Assembly (NCBI GenBank): GCA_030704615.1
Contig: CM060731.1
Span: 15,624,001 to 15,688,000 of the forward strand
Length of the DNA stretch: 64,000 nt
Direction: 5' to 3'
Source: Takakia lepidozioides
Taxonomy: Eukaryota > Plantae > Bryophyta
The stretch's first letter is position 1. Each line of letters begins with the position of its first letter. Under the pieces are notes generated by a model that was given only the letters and a program-made list of their open reading frames with translations, made no database searches and was not told the origin of the DNA. Below, piece by piece: positions 50,701 through 61,026 of the stretch. The position numbers were made by a program, and so were the translations under genes.

Positions 50701-51937
50701 TCCATGCCCGTGTTGCCACAATGCCCACACTGTAACTGTGCAGGCTGTGCATGTGCCGGCCCTTTGCCTCCCTCTGGAAATCCTTCTTGACATGGGGTCC
50801 TCCACATGTCCAGCACACCACATCCGCCCGTTGTTGGCCAGCAAATGAAGGGAGAGACCCCTGCATCTGAGGTCCTCTCTGCCCTTCCCTGAGCTTCACC
50901 TGAGCCCCCTTGTTGCCTTGAGCACGTTGAGGTAGTGGTTGGCTAGGAGCACCACTACCCCGTGGTGTCTCCTTAGCAAATCCCACCATGACCACTCGTT
51001 CCTCCACCATGTTGAGCTCTATCCGCTCTGCCAGCAAAAACACATTTGCTAAGGTGGGTTGGGCCGCTTGTAGGAGAGTTGCATCCCGCACCCTTCTCCT
51101 CAGCTCCTTGTCCAATATCCCATACCAGAATTGGACTGCCTGAGCTTCCGTAACCCCTTGGGTTACATTTATCAAGCGCCTCATGCGAGTGAAAGCCTCC
51201 CTCAAGCTCTCGGTCGGCTTCCGTTGGAACTCTTGCAAGCTCCGCAACTTCTCTGTCCTCACCCCTTGGTAGTTCCCTCTCAACTCTTCGAAGAACTCCA
51301 CAACAGGGTTGAAGGCAGGCACGGGTGCTAGTGCTGGTGCGGTAGTGGCTTGGGTGGACGTCGTAGCTACTGTACCACCAGTCCCACTGCTGCTTGCTGA
51401 AGCTGCCGGTGCAGCGGCAGGTGTAGCCACTGCCCTCGTGGCTCTAGTGCCCCTAGTGATGGAGACATAGTCGGGTGACCAGTACATCCTCCACTCCTCG
51501 ATCTCAACCTCATGCCCCCGCCTGAACTCATGGTAATCATCCATAGGCGGCCCCTCAAGGTGCTGAAACAGCCCTTTCCATGCCATGAACGGCGTAAATA
51601 GTTGTGGATTGCGCATTTGCTGCAAATCACACCAACTATCAAACTCTTGGATAAAATCATCCAACTCAATGGTGCCCACCGCCCCAGAGTACCTTCGTGG
51701 CCCCTTGGTAGCTCCATACATCTCCTCCATTGTGTCCCACAACAATGGCAAAGAAACAACTTGCACCGCCGGTATGAGCCCTCCTGATTCACAATCCGAA
51801 TCAGAACCTTCCGTGGAAGACACAGGAGGTGAAGGTGGCCTAAACCGCACACCTCGTCTCGTGTACCCACTAGTATCGCTAGTGCTCGAACCGGCACTGT
51901 CCCCAGCAACTAGTGGCACCTCCGTGTTGACACTCAA
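47768..51937 (-). CDS. Gag - aspartic protease - cytosine-5 DNA methyltransferase polyprotein (first ATG at 51730)
   Basis: Gag-like FQRKPTESLREAFTRMRRL and CWTCGGPH knuckle; protease VLLDSGA (~49715-49744); C5-MTase motifs I-X at ~48060-49020. Confidence 0.92.
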   Translation of the reverse strand: MSVNTEVPLVAGDSAGSSTSDTSGYTRRGVRFRPPSPPVSSTEGSDSDCESGGLIPAVQVVSLPLLWDTMEEMYGATKGPRRYSGAVGTIELDDFIQEFDSWCDLQQMRNPQLFTPFMAWKGLFQHLEGPPMDDYHEFRRGHEVEIEEWRMYWSPDYVSITRGTRATRAVATPAAAPAASASSSGTGGTVATTSTQATTAPALAPVPAFNPVVEFFEELRGNYQGVRTEKLRSLQEFQRKPTESLREAFTRMRRLINVTQGVTEAQAVQFWYGILDKELRRRVRDATLLQAAQPTLANVFLLAERIELNMVEERVVMVGFAKETPRGSGAPSQPLPQRAQGNKGAQVKLREGQRGPQMQGSLPSFAGQQRADVVCWTCGGPHVKKDFQREAKGRHMHSLHSYSVGIVATRAWRGQCYGLHPELRPGQFQGNNGGRGRGGAAQRGRGGQPRGAGQGQAQRGQGRGGQGVDQGMANRLQQLEQRLAAMATAQVVPALRPDGPPPAPEGGDMGGMGFMCGAALPLVQVESAAAVTRGAARVPEPRGAEVELDPQRGEASRQARLPQSFTLAETVSTPSMAPSSRPTVTEAEVTMPLGRATRVAPLPSVAKATAASVLLGAATSVCQAPLFSATMIATPGVRPAEVFRLAATLCESGEVTSSSAEIVGGVVPEGSSDLRVKTATAAPWQAAAARLMELPARPAIERAMVTPGVVMLDNQDGIFCLSGPAGKRYRPLRVLLDSGAQPLMLGRAAIAGLGLTEADMEPCPFQIQTSLGGSEQARGMTRHELAIRLRPDHPTDGSVMRAKAIVTDAVSYDVLVGGAVLYPMGFTLDFWEESASYRPAWQSGEGRRVQLPVTFIGGVAVAQRGKMPTLAAFTAAVSWPRELLEGNAHSEDVPPPGEQDDMYGMAELPTMVAQTPLWGTSKDLQRDADRRVQQAWVEAFVPSGEEESVGIAPGPPQLSPLDTTPIVWQSPDEGICLLDLFGGISTGLAAVLQAGVRVRRYLYVERDETARRVSLRHVAQLVQRYPELLSVSAIRGYQQALPADISLLGAQDLERVGSIDLVVAGWPCQGHSSAGHGNGLRDSRSGLFWEMVRVLRHLQLHQAVSPAYILENVPLMGDSRARVMASVHQVRSWLGSAVLLDAATVGSRAHRPRLWWTNMMPPALLKRAFDGVQRPAHLTVDNILDTGRQSQRVRHDDRSPLAVVNKVGQPRAALPTLLSFPGSHAFRDSGPGLLWDAQLQQLVEPNADERERAMGFTTGTTAVSSLSEASRRQVLGQAMDLNCLTWIISLALAEQRRVRNTLPSMVSLPTETVQAVSGGEHMRTTGCMHPWHTWEVLEVQRELAAKAAVMDEVGDSSRVEEVLKDEMMGQDDALSLTEQVGSTAQEVAA
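48060..49020 (-). other. C5-cytosine methyltransferase catalytic domain inside the retroelement polyprotein
   Basis: LDLFGGI (I), YVERD (II), ADI (III), DLVVAGWPCQ (IV), DSRSGLF (V), ILENV (VI), AHRPRLWWTN (VIII), ERERAMGF (IX), LGQAM (X), in unpermuted order. Confidence 0.93.
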
Positions 51938-52659
51938 CCGGTCATGAACATGTCCCTAACCCCCTCTTCACAAGGTAACCGGGTAGAGAACCTGTTGCGG
52001 CTTATGGTTTGGAATACTAAGTTCCTAACATAGCCTACACCTGTACCTGCATCCACCGCAAGCACTCCTATGGTTGGCTGGTCATCACCTCCAACCTCAC
52101 CACAGGAGAAACAATGATGGTCTGGCTGGTCATCACCCCAGCCTCACCATCGACAGCATGCTCTAGGACTGGCCGGTGATCAAATCCGGACCAATCACCT
52201 ATAAAAACAAGCGCCCACACAAAACTAGCATGGCGCACAGTCAAGCATGCAGGTATGGAGGGGATCCAAACACAAGAAATCAGATCGACAACTCCCCCAC
52301 ACCAAAAACAACTCCACGGTGTTGCTCCTGCAAGGACACCCCAGCCCAAACCCGGACTGACTCTTGCCTCCACCTACGGAAAGGTCTTGGCCTAATGAGA
52401 GGGTGGAAACTACGAGGAAGAGAAGCTAAAGCAATGCCTAACCCCAGCATGCTCTCATCCCAACACTCTGCCTCTCCTCTCTACCCTCACTTGCATGACC
52501 ATGGGAATATCATGAAGATACTCCTCAAACCGCCCTCCACGAGCTTCAAAATTTGGCCTTCCAGACCACATGCCAGTCCTTAGGCAGTCCACCAGTGCCT
52601 CCATGAGTCAGCACAGGTCAACACGGTCCACCACAGACCAGCACAGGCCTACACAGCTC

Positions 52660-54045
52660 ACTGGTCACAGCCGTCACAGTCCCACAGGCCACTGGGCACA
52701 GCCTGTCGCAGCCCCTCACAGCCTGTCACAGCCTCAAAGGCCTCAGGCACGGCCTGTCACAGCCCGTCACAGCCCGTCACAGCCCCAAAGGCCATGGGCA
52801 CGGCCTGTCACAGCCCCTCACAGCCCGTCACAGCCCCAAAGGCCTCAGGCACGGCCTGTCACAGCCCGTCACAGCCCCAAAGGCCTCAGGCATGGCCTGT
52901 CACAGCCCCTCACAGCCCCTCACAGCCTCAAAGGCCTCAGGCACGGCCTGTCACAGCCCCTCACAGCCCGTCACAGCCCCAAAGGCCATGGGCACGGCCT
53001 GTCACAGCCCCTCACAGCCCGTCACAGCCTCACAGGGCACAGGGCACAGCCTGTCACAGCCCATCACAGCCTGTCACAGCCTGTCACAGCTTGCCACAGC
53101 CCGTCACAGCCCGTCACAGCCTCAAAGGCCTCAGGCACGGCCTGTCACAGCCCCTCACAGCCCGTCACAGCCTCAAAGGCCTCAGGCACGGCCTGTCACA
53201 GCCCCTCACAGCCCCTCACAGCCTCAAAGGCCTCAGGAACGGCCTGTCACAGCCCCTCACAGCCCGTCACAGCCCAAAGGCCATGGGCACGGCCTGTCAC
53301 AGCCCCTCACAGCCCGTCACAGCCCCAAAGGCCTCAGGCACGGCCTGTCACAGCCCCTCACAGCCCCAAAGGCCATGGGCACAGCCTGTCACAGCCCGTC
53401 ACAGCCCCACAGGCCTCAGGGCACAGCCTGTCACAGCCCCGCACAGCCCGTCACAGCCCCAAAGGCCACTGGGCACAGCCTGTCACAGCCTGACACAGCC
53501 CGTCACAGCCCATCACAGCTTGCCACAACCTGTCACAGCCCGTCACAGCCCCACAGGCCAGAGGGCACAGCCTGTCACAGCCCATCACAGCCCATCACAG
53601 CTCCACAGGGCACAGGCACAGCCCATCACAGCCTGTCACAGCTTGCCACAGCCTGTCACAGCCCGTCACAGCCCCACAGGCCAGAGGGCACAGCCTGTCA
53701 CAGCCCATCACAGCCCATCACAGCTCCACAGGGCACAGGGCACAGCCTGTCACAGCCCATCACAGCCCATCACAGCCTGTCACAGCTTGCCACAGCCCAT
53801 CACAGCCCGTCACAGCCCCACAGGCCACTGGGCACAGCCCGTCACAGCCCGTCACAGCCCCACAGGGCACAGGGCACAGCCTGTCACAGCCCCTCACAGC
53901 CCGTCACAGCCCCAAAGGCCTCAGGCACGGCCTGTCACAGCCCCTCACAGCCCGTCACAGCCCCAAAGGCCTCAGGCATGGCCTGTCACACCCCTCACAG
54001 CCCGTCACAGCCTCAAAGGCCTCAGGCACGGCCTGTCACAGCCCC
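52660..54045. repeat. ~1.4-kb minisatellite of 10-bp tcacagcc-core units with higher-order repeats, in the retroelement 5' leader
   Basis: Around a hundred gtcacagccc/ctcacagccc/atcacagccc units punctuated by aaaggcctcaggcacggcct or aaaggccatgggcac. Confidence 0.97.
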
Positions 54046-54919
54046 TCCCTTCCTTCCTTGCACTCCCACACCTGAAAGTGCAAGCCTTCACCAGGCTGAT
54101 AGCATGCTCCACACATGCATTGCCCTCACATAAGGGAAGTCAGCCCTTCCCTCTTCCTTGCTTGCCCTCCAAGCTTGAAGATGGAAGCTTCAAGGAGCTG
54201 AATACATGCTCCACACATGCAACCTCTTCACACAAGAGATATCAGCCCCCTATCTTGGCTCCTTGGCTCCTTGATGCTCTCTAAGACAAGACTAAGCACT
54301 CCATAGCCTTTGCCAAGCTCCTGAAACCCTAAGGCTTACATTTCCAGCCACAAGACACTTCTCTTGTGGTGCAAGAGCTCTTCTTCCAAGCTCTGTAACC
54401 CTAGGTGTACATTCCATGGCCTTGCCGCACCTCTTAGCTCCTGTTCCAGCCCTGCTCTCGCCATGACAAGAGCCCTCTCAATGCTGAAGCTCGAGATTGA
54501 AACCCAATCTCACCATACTCCACAAAGTGCACTGATTTGCCCCAAGCCAAATCAGCCCTTTCGCTTGGTCTTGCAATCCTTCACACAATGACAGCTCGCA
54601 TTCCCAAGTCCAGTTCTCAGCTTTGCCACCAAAGCCACTATAACCTGCTCTTGACTGGTCCTCTTCCCAATCGTGCTTGCTCATGCATGTACACAATCTG
54701 AAACCATCAAGGTGCTCTGGAATTACCTACAGTATGGTGCTTTCATCTCTGAAGCTGAAGATCGAATGCCAAGGTTTACCACCTCGTAACCCACATCGCC
54801 TCCGCTTCTAACAACCAAGAGCTCCACGGTGCTCCTTGCATAACAACTTGGTTTCTCTCAATCTCAAGCAAAAACCACAAGTGCTACAACTAACTCGTAT
54901 CTAGCACTCATAGATACGA

Positions 54920-54936
54920 GCTCATCTTTCTCGAGT
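54920..54936 (-). other. Self-priming primer-binding-site candidate
   Basis: gctcatctttctcgagt abuts repeat A1 and is the perfect 17-nt reverse complement of actcgagaaagatgagc inside A (55100-55116; also 44020-44036). Confidence 0.7.
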
Positions 54937-55262
54937 GATAAAGAAGAAGAATACAAGCACAAGCTCATGCGAGCTCACAAAGCTGAAGCATAAACTCATG
55001 CATATATAACCTCATCACTCAAATACAAGTCAAGCCAAGTGCACCCCACGCCATGGGGAATCCACACTACGGCGCCATAGCTAGGCGCGGTGAGGCTCAA
55101 CTCGAGAAAGATGAGCCTCCCGCGCTTGCCGTGAAGATAACCACTCCAGGGCCTAAATCTGCCTTGACCCCTGGATTGACACTTGGGCCAATCCCAAATG
55201 TCAATATGTAAAAGCTAGCTATTTCCTAGCTAGTTTCACACTAGTGGTAAAATAACTTGACA
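54936..55262. repeat. Terminal repeat A1 (5' end of the retroelement)
   Basis: Identical by eye to 43856-44182; not followed by B. Confidence 0.95.
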
Positions 55263-58200
55263 CCAAATTCTTGGACGTTGGAAGAAGAAGCCATGTTAGG
55301 CAGGTACAAATGGTTCATTGCAACCTTTACAGTGGATCCCAGCACCCCTAGATCTTCCCAAGATTGGCTATGACCTGCAACATCTCTAGCAACTTGAGAA
55401 CTACGCAGAGAATATGCAAGACCCGAATCAAAACCAGAAATTGAACTCGCAATGTCATCAAGTCTCACATGCCCATAAATCGTTCTTACCTCTGGACCTT
55501 GCTACTGCCTTCAGTCTCATCGTTGGTGGCAGATGAGGATCCATCAAAATCAGGCCACACAGATAGCCTCAAACACTCATTTACCTCGGGAGAAAAGCCA
55601 TGTGGATCACCTTCCTCTTTACGATCAACCCACCCGAGAATCTCCGCAGCCTGACGACGATATAGGTACCGAAAATTGGCTGGTTTTGGAAATGCGGGCC
55701 ACTTCATCCGCTTGGCCCTCTTCAAGCACATAAGATAATCCTCATTCAAACACCCAATCAATTGGGCGACTTGCTCTAGAGAGGCGCCCAAAGCGCGAGC
55801 CCAATTGCCAATAACAAGAGACTCTTCTAGCAAATGCGCAGGAGCTGCTGGAGGCATGTCTGCAGAACCCATGTTGCCTCTCCTATATAGTCACCAGTAA
55901 CGGGCGTAACTAAGAGCCACTTCGCCTCGCGGCTACTGCCCCCTCTTGGGGATGGGCCCTATCTAAGCTGCCTAGGATAATAACTTAGCACCCAACAACA
56001 GTTCCCAGGAAATATTGCCAAATGTGAAAGGAATCCATACCAAATCGTAACAAACTATAAGATTAATCAGATAAGCCTTGAAATCAGCGGCCCAAGATAA
56101 CCAGCATTCCAAATTGTAATGAGCTATGAAATCACATAAGCCTCAAAATCAGCAGCCCCGGACAACAACATACCAAATTGTGACGAACTATGATTATTCC
56201 CAAGTATAAGCCTCAAAATCAGAGTCCCCCAATAACCAGCATACCAAATTGTTGTGAACTACCTATGTATGATTCCTAAGCCTAGAAATGTCCGATCTGG
56301 AGTACAAAATGCAGATAAACCAGAACCCACTGAGGGGGGAGGAGATGAAAAAAAAAGGGTTAAGTGTTAAGTACCTGGATTATATAAGGAAATACACAAC
56401 TCCACAATTCAACTGAGTCTTGTTCATTCCACACAAACAAAGGAAACAAGACTTGTTCAGTCCACAAAACAAAGGAAACAAGACCACACAAACAAAGAAA
56501 ACAAGACTTGTTCATTCATTCAACACAAAGAAAACCAGGGGCAGATGGAGATGGAGAGGGAGAGGGCCCACCTGGGCTTGGGCTGGCATGGCACTCATAA
56601 AGAGGGAGGGCGCTCGTGGAAGAAGACGGGTCAGGTAGCAAAGCGTGTCCGTGCAGCGGCGGCGTTGAATCCGGCGCACCGGGGTTATTATGCCCCACAG
56701 CGATCCACTACCTACCGACCTGCTTGTCAGATGCAAAAGTCTTCCTGCTCTGCAAGATGCCATCGGTGGCATGGACGAACGACTGAGGACGGAGCAGTGA
56801 TCTCGTGCTGCAACCGACCTCCGACTTCTCCTTGAGTTACGGCAAACTTTGAGGAGCTGCCATGGCTTGGTGGGGGTTGTAGCAAGTATTGAAGGAGGAG
56901 CTCTTGCATAATTTCACCTCTCGTGATGGAAGTCCACTGTTGGACGCAAATGTGCGAGTAGGAAACAAACACTGAAATTTCGATACAATCAACAACGTAA
57001 CTTGTTCTGACCACTATTGTACCCTAACAAACACTGCACGTTATGCTGCAATCAAAATCCCCAAATAGACATATGGCCACACTTACTTCTCCACTGCAAC
57101 CACAACTCCTCAAGTTTCTCATTTCACATCAGATGGTTTAACCTCATTGATCATCAATGCAGGCACGTGCACCACCGTTCTCAGCCGTGTGGGGGCCACA
57201 TGCAGTCGCTATATGTTCAGAACCTTGTACATGTCTACTGCGGCTTGGTTGATTGGTGAAGACTTCGGTGTAACCTCTTAGTACTACTCACTTCTGTCTG
57301 TTTCTCTGGCGGTGAGGCATCTCTACGCCTCTTCTGGCGCGTCTCCACCTCAGTATCGGGCTCTACATATCTGATACTGTGGATGCGAGAAGCTTATGGG
57401 TTGAAAGTGAAGCTCTGAATTGATGTATCATTGACCCTCAACAGCAGCATTGCTCCTGATGCTCCTTAGAGCTTGTACTCTGAAAGAGGGTTGGTTCAGG
57501 TTTCTCCTTGTCGCAGTTGCAAGATACTTAACATGCTACATCGAAATCGCGAGATTCCTCCAACTCTGCTATCAATCTTGCACCTAAATTTGTTGAGGTT
57601 AGTTTCTCTTGGTCATGATCTGAGGCATACTGGGACTTGCAGAGTAAAGGGTGGTGGGAGGGTATATGTTGTACTCGAGATCTTCATCCTTGAGATTCAT
57701 AAGCGACTGAAGGTCTTGCTAGGCCCGGGGTCCAGGATGAGAGAAGAACTTCCGGTTTCTCTTTCTATGGCTTTGTATTTTAGATGGACTAGGCTCGAGC
57801 GAGGAGAGGGATGACGACCGCGGGAGCAGCCAGTCATCCTCAAGCTAGGTTGCTCATGAATCAGAATTGACGGATATGTAGGAACACTTCGCTTCATGGA
57901 AAGAAAAATCCTGAGCGATCTTCCGAGAGTTGCAACTCCGTGAACTCTTAGAGATGGGTGCAAAATGTTTTCAAAGTCTCGGGTTCGGTGTGGAGGATGA
58001 ACCCACATGCGATGATGTGTGCAGAACTTATAATGGGATCATGACATACTCGAATGGTGTCACCGAATCTGAATCAAGCTAGCGAAAGTCTCATCCTCAA
58101 GACTACTGCACAACTGGGGATTTGGACCCTGACATGTATCCAGATTTCGGACGTCAGATGCGCCTACGGGAATCAAAATTTGCAGGCAGAATTAGACGAG

Positions 58201-58382
58201 AATTAGACGTGCGATACGGCATGCTTGTGCAGAATTCTGATACTCGGTAGCTGGAGCTGCATTACAAAGTGTCGGCCGGCAAATTGGTCTACAGAATGCA
58301 CATATGTAGGCATTCTACTGCATAGCCAATGTACGCACGGACTTTTGAAGTCGGTAGACGCTCCTCGTCGGGGGCATTACCA

Positions 58383-61026
58383 ATGGGAAGACGTCGGCAG
58401 ATTGATTTGCTCGCGGTGCTCTTACTGGCGACATGCCTGGTGTTCCCCGTACCTTGTCAGTCGTCGCCAAGCAACATGCCGTTGAACTCCACACTACAGG
58501 CAAGCTTGAATGCGACTTTGTTGTCACCTGGTGGAGTATTTGAGCTGGGATTTTACGCTGGGATGCGGTCAAAGTCAGCCTCCACCGTTTACACGCTTGC
58601 AATCTGGTACGCCCAGACATCTCCTGTGAAGACAGTGGTGTGGATGGCAGACAGATCTATGAACCTGAGCAACAACGCCACTCTAACATTGTCTGAACAA
58701 GGAGAGCTTCAGGTGTACGATGGCAACTTGGCTCCGCAACTCATGTGGACTTCCAATACAACAAATGTAAGCCGAGGATGATCCAGTTCGTATTTCGTGC
58801 CATTTTCCTGCAACCAAATGTCTGTCTGGGTTGTCTGGGGCGATTGCAAAACTAATACTGCTCAAAAAGTTTCTAGTCCCGACTGATTCTCTTAGACTGT
58901 GGGTTGTGCAGTTGAATGTGAGCCAGGCCGTCATGTTGGATACGGGGAACCTTGTCCTCCTCAACATAAGCAACAGTATCGCGTGGCAGAGCTTCGACAG
59001 CCCCACAGACACTCTCTTGCCAGGCCAGCCGTTTGTCGCAGCCGCCAACATAACCATGTTCGCATGGCAGAAACGCGGAGACTGGACCAAAAGTTTATAC
59101 TCGTTGAACTGGACCAGTGACTACAATCTCGATGCCTCCTGGCAATCTCCTTATCCCGGCTGGTCTAACTCAGTTGGTCCCAGCTATTGGAGCTTTTCGA
59201 CACCTTCCTTGTCCGCCGATTTGACATCCGAGGGTGTTTTCCAGGCAACCAATGCGACAGGAAATGTGACTGTGATAGGAACGAGCAGCGACGTGGGGTT
59301 GAAGAGTCGTCTACGACGGGTCACATTCGATTATGATGGCAACCTGCGCATGTACAGCTGGTTTGTTGGGAACTCCACAGAGTGGAGTATTGTGTGGGAA
59401 GCGATTACCGACATCTGCACCGTGTATGGAGAATGCGGTCCTTTCGCGATCTGCATAGCCGGAGGACAGTGTGAATGTCCTTCCGGGTTTCAGTTTGTTG
59501 ATGCCAATGACACCACCCAAGGGTGCACGCGGATCAAAAGCATTTCTCTTTGCAGCGCCGTCGACCAGGCTATGACTCTTGTGGAGTCTGTCGACTATCC
59601 CAATGGTGGTGATTACAACTACTATGGGAATGTGGACTTAAGTACCTGCATAGATCTATGCTTAAGCTCATGCTTCTGTCAAGCTTGTACAGTGACGACA
59701 CCAAATTCAAATGGGAATTATAGTTGTTGGCACAAGAAGGACTTCCTCCTCGACGGTCAATACAATAACGCACGCACCACCTACATACGAATGGCTCAGA
59801 CACATCACGGCCTCCCGTCTTCGCAGAAACTTGCAATACTGGGCGCAACACTAGGTGCAACGATCGTCTTTCTCGGAGTCTCGTTATGCATAGTTGGGTC
59901 TTTCATTGTCCGCCGAGAGATTAGAACTCGTCGTATCAGAAAGTTGGAAGAAAAATGGAAAGAGTCGCGAGGCACCATCGTAAAATTTACCTACGAAGAG
60001 ATTCGACTCGCGACCAGGAACTTTGCTGAGGAAATTGGGAAAGGGGGTTCTGGATCCGTGTTCAAGGGAGAGATTGGAGACCAGGTGGTTGTTGCCGTGA
60101 AACGATTGGACAAACTGAGCCCCGAGGAAACGGAATTCGTGAATGAGGTCGACACCATAGGACGCATTCACCACGGCAATCTGGTGGACCTCCACGGCTA
60201 CTGTGCTGCGGGCGACCACAGGCTGCTGGTTTACGAGTACATGGAGCGAGGCTCTCTTGACAGGGCCCTTTTCCGAGCTAATGAAAACAACGTACCCATT
60301 CTTGAATGGAGGTCTCGCTTCAAGATCGCTGTCGAGACAGCGAAGGGCCTCGCATATCTGCATGAGGACGTTAGAGGCCAACGCATTATCCACTGCGACG
60401 TCAAGCCTGAGAACATTTTGCTGGATTCCATGTTGTCCGCCAAGGTAGCAGATTTTGGGTTGGCCCGGATCATGAACAAGGACCAGACTCGCACCATGAC
60501 GATAAATATCCGAGGCACTCGTGGCTACGTGGCACCGGAGTGGACTACTGATCACTCCATCACCACCAAAACCGATGTCTACAGCTATGGAATGGTGCTG
60601 CTGGAGATCATCAGCGGCAGGAAGAACTTGAAATTCAACCTCGACAATGCCAATGCCGATGCCGATGCCGCCCCCGACTGGTACTATCCGCTTTGGGCAT
60701 TTTCGAAAGTTGAAATGGGAGCCTTCCTTGAGGTTGTCGATCCATTGCTGTGCGGAATTGTCAACGCTGAGGAGGTCGAAAGAGCTGTGCTGGTGGCGTT
60801 CTGGTGTATCAACGACAAGCCTCATCTGCGGCCTTCCATGGCCAAGGTTGTGCAATTTTTGGAAGGCCATATCCCTGTAGAGCTTCCAGTTCCACGACCC
60901 GTTTTACTAGACGATATGGTCGTTGCTACTGAGAACTTAGACTCCACCTCATTGAAGCTCTCATCGTCCTCTTCCGAGGCCTCACAACAGTTGCGTTTTT
61001 CTGAAGGCCATCCCACTCCCCGCTGA
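58383..61026 (+). CDS. G-type lectin S-domain receptor-like kinase, copy 2; exons 58383-58766 and 58912-61026
   Basis: Same architecture and intron as copy 1; intact ORF; longer C-terminus because of a 5-nt indel. Confidence 0.93.

Larger units (their letters stand above)
43680..55262 (-). mobile_element. Ty3/gypsy-type retrotransposon carrying a C5 DNA methyltransferase and PHD finger, with split direct repeats; 11,583 bp, TSD CCAA
   Basis: ccaa|TGTC...GACA|ccaa (TSD 43676-43679 and 55263-55266). Domain order Gag-PR-DNMT-RT-RH-INT-PHD. Removing the element restores the host reading frame NVQEFG|YGTVVDK. Confidence 0.93.
41078..55872 (-). mobile_element. piggyBac-like DNA transposon, interrupted by the retroelement; far (5') end not defined
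   Basis: TTAA|CCCTT at 41074-41082. Transposase motifs at 41795-43241. N-terminal coding sequence continues beyond 55266. Confidence 0.7.

Noticed and set aside
52660-54045. CRISPR-like array (also 14830-15030 and 31695-31995)
   Set aside because: No unique spacers, no cas genes, eukaryotic context; these are tandem or subterminal repeats.
52570-54284. Three long overlapping + strand ORFs (307, 496, 413 aa)
   Set aside because: They are translations of the 10-bp minisatellite, which lacks stop codons on this strand; low complexity, no domain.
43680-55262. Classifying the element as DIRS/PAT/Ngaro because of the split repeats
   Set aside because: No tyrosine-recombinase ORF is visible; it has a DDE integrase, a protease, TG..CA ends and a TSD.
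56355-56363. AAGGG-TTAA as the second piggyBac terminus
   Set aside because: Only 5 bp match the left end (CCCTT); possible, but too weak to set as the boundary.
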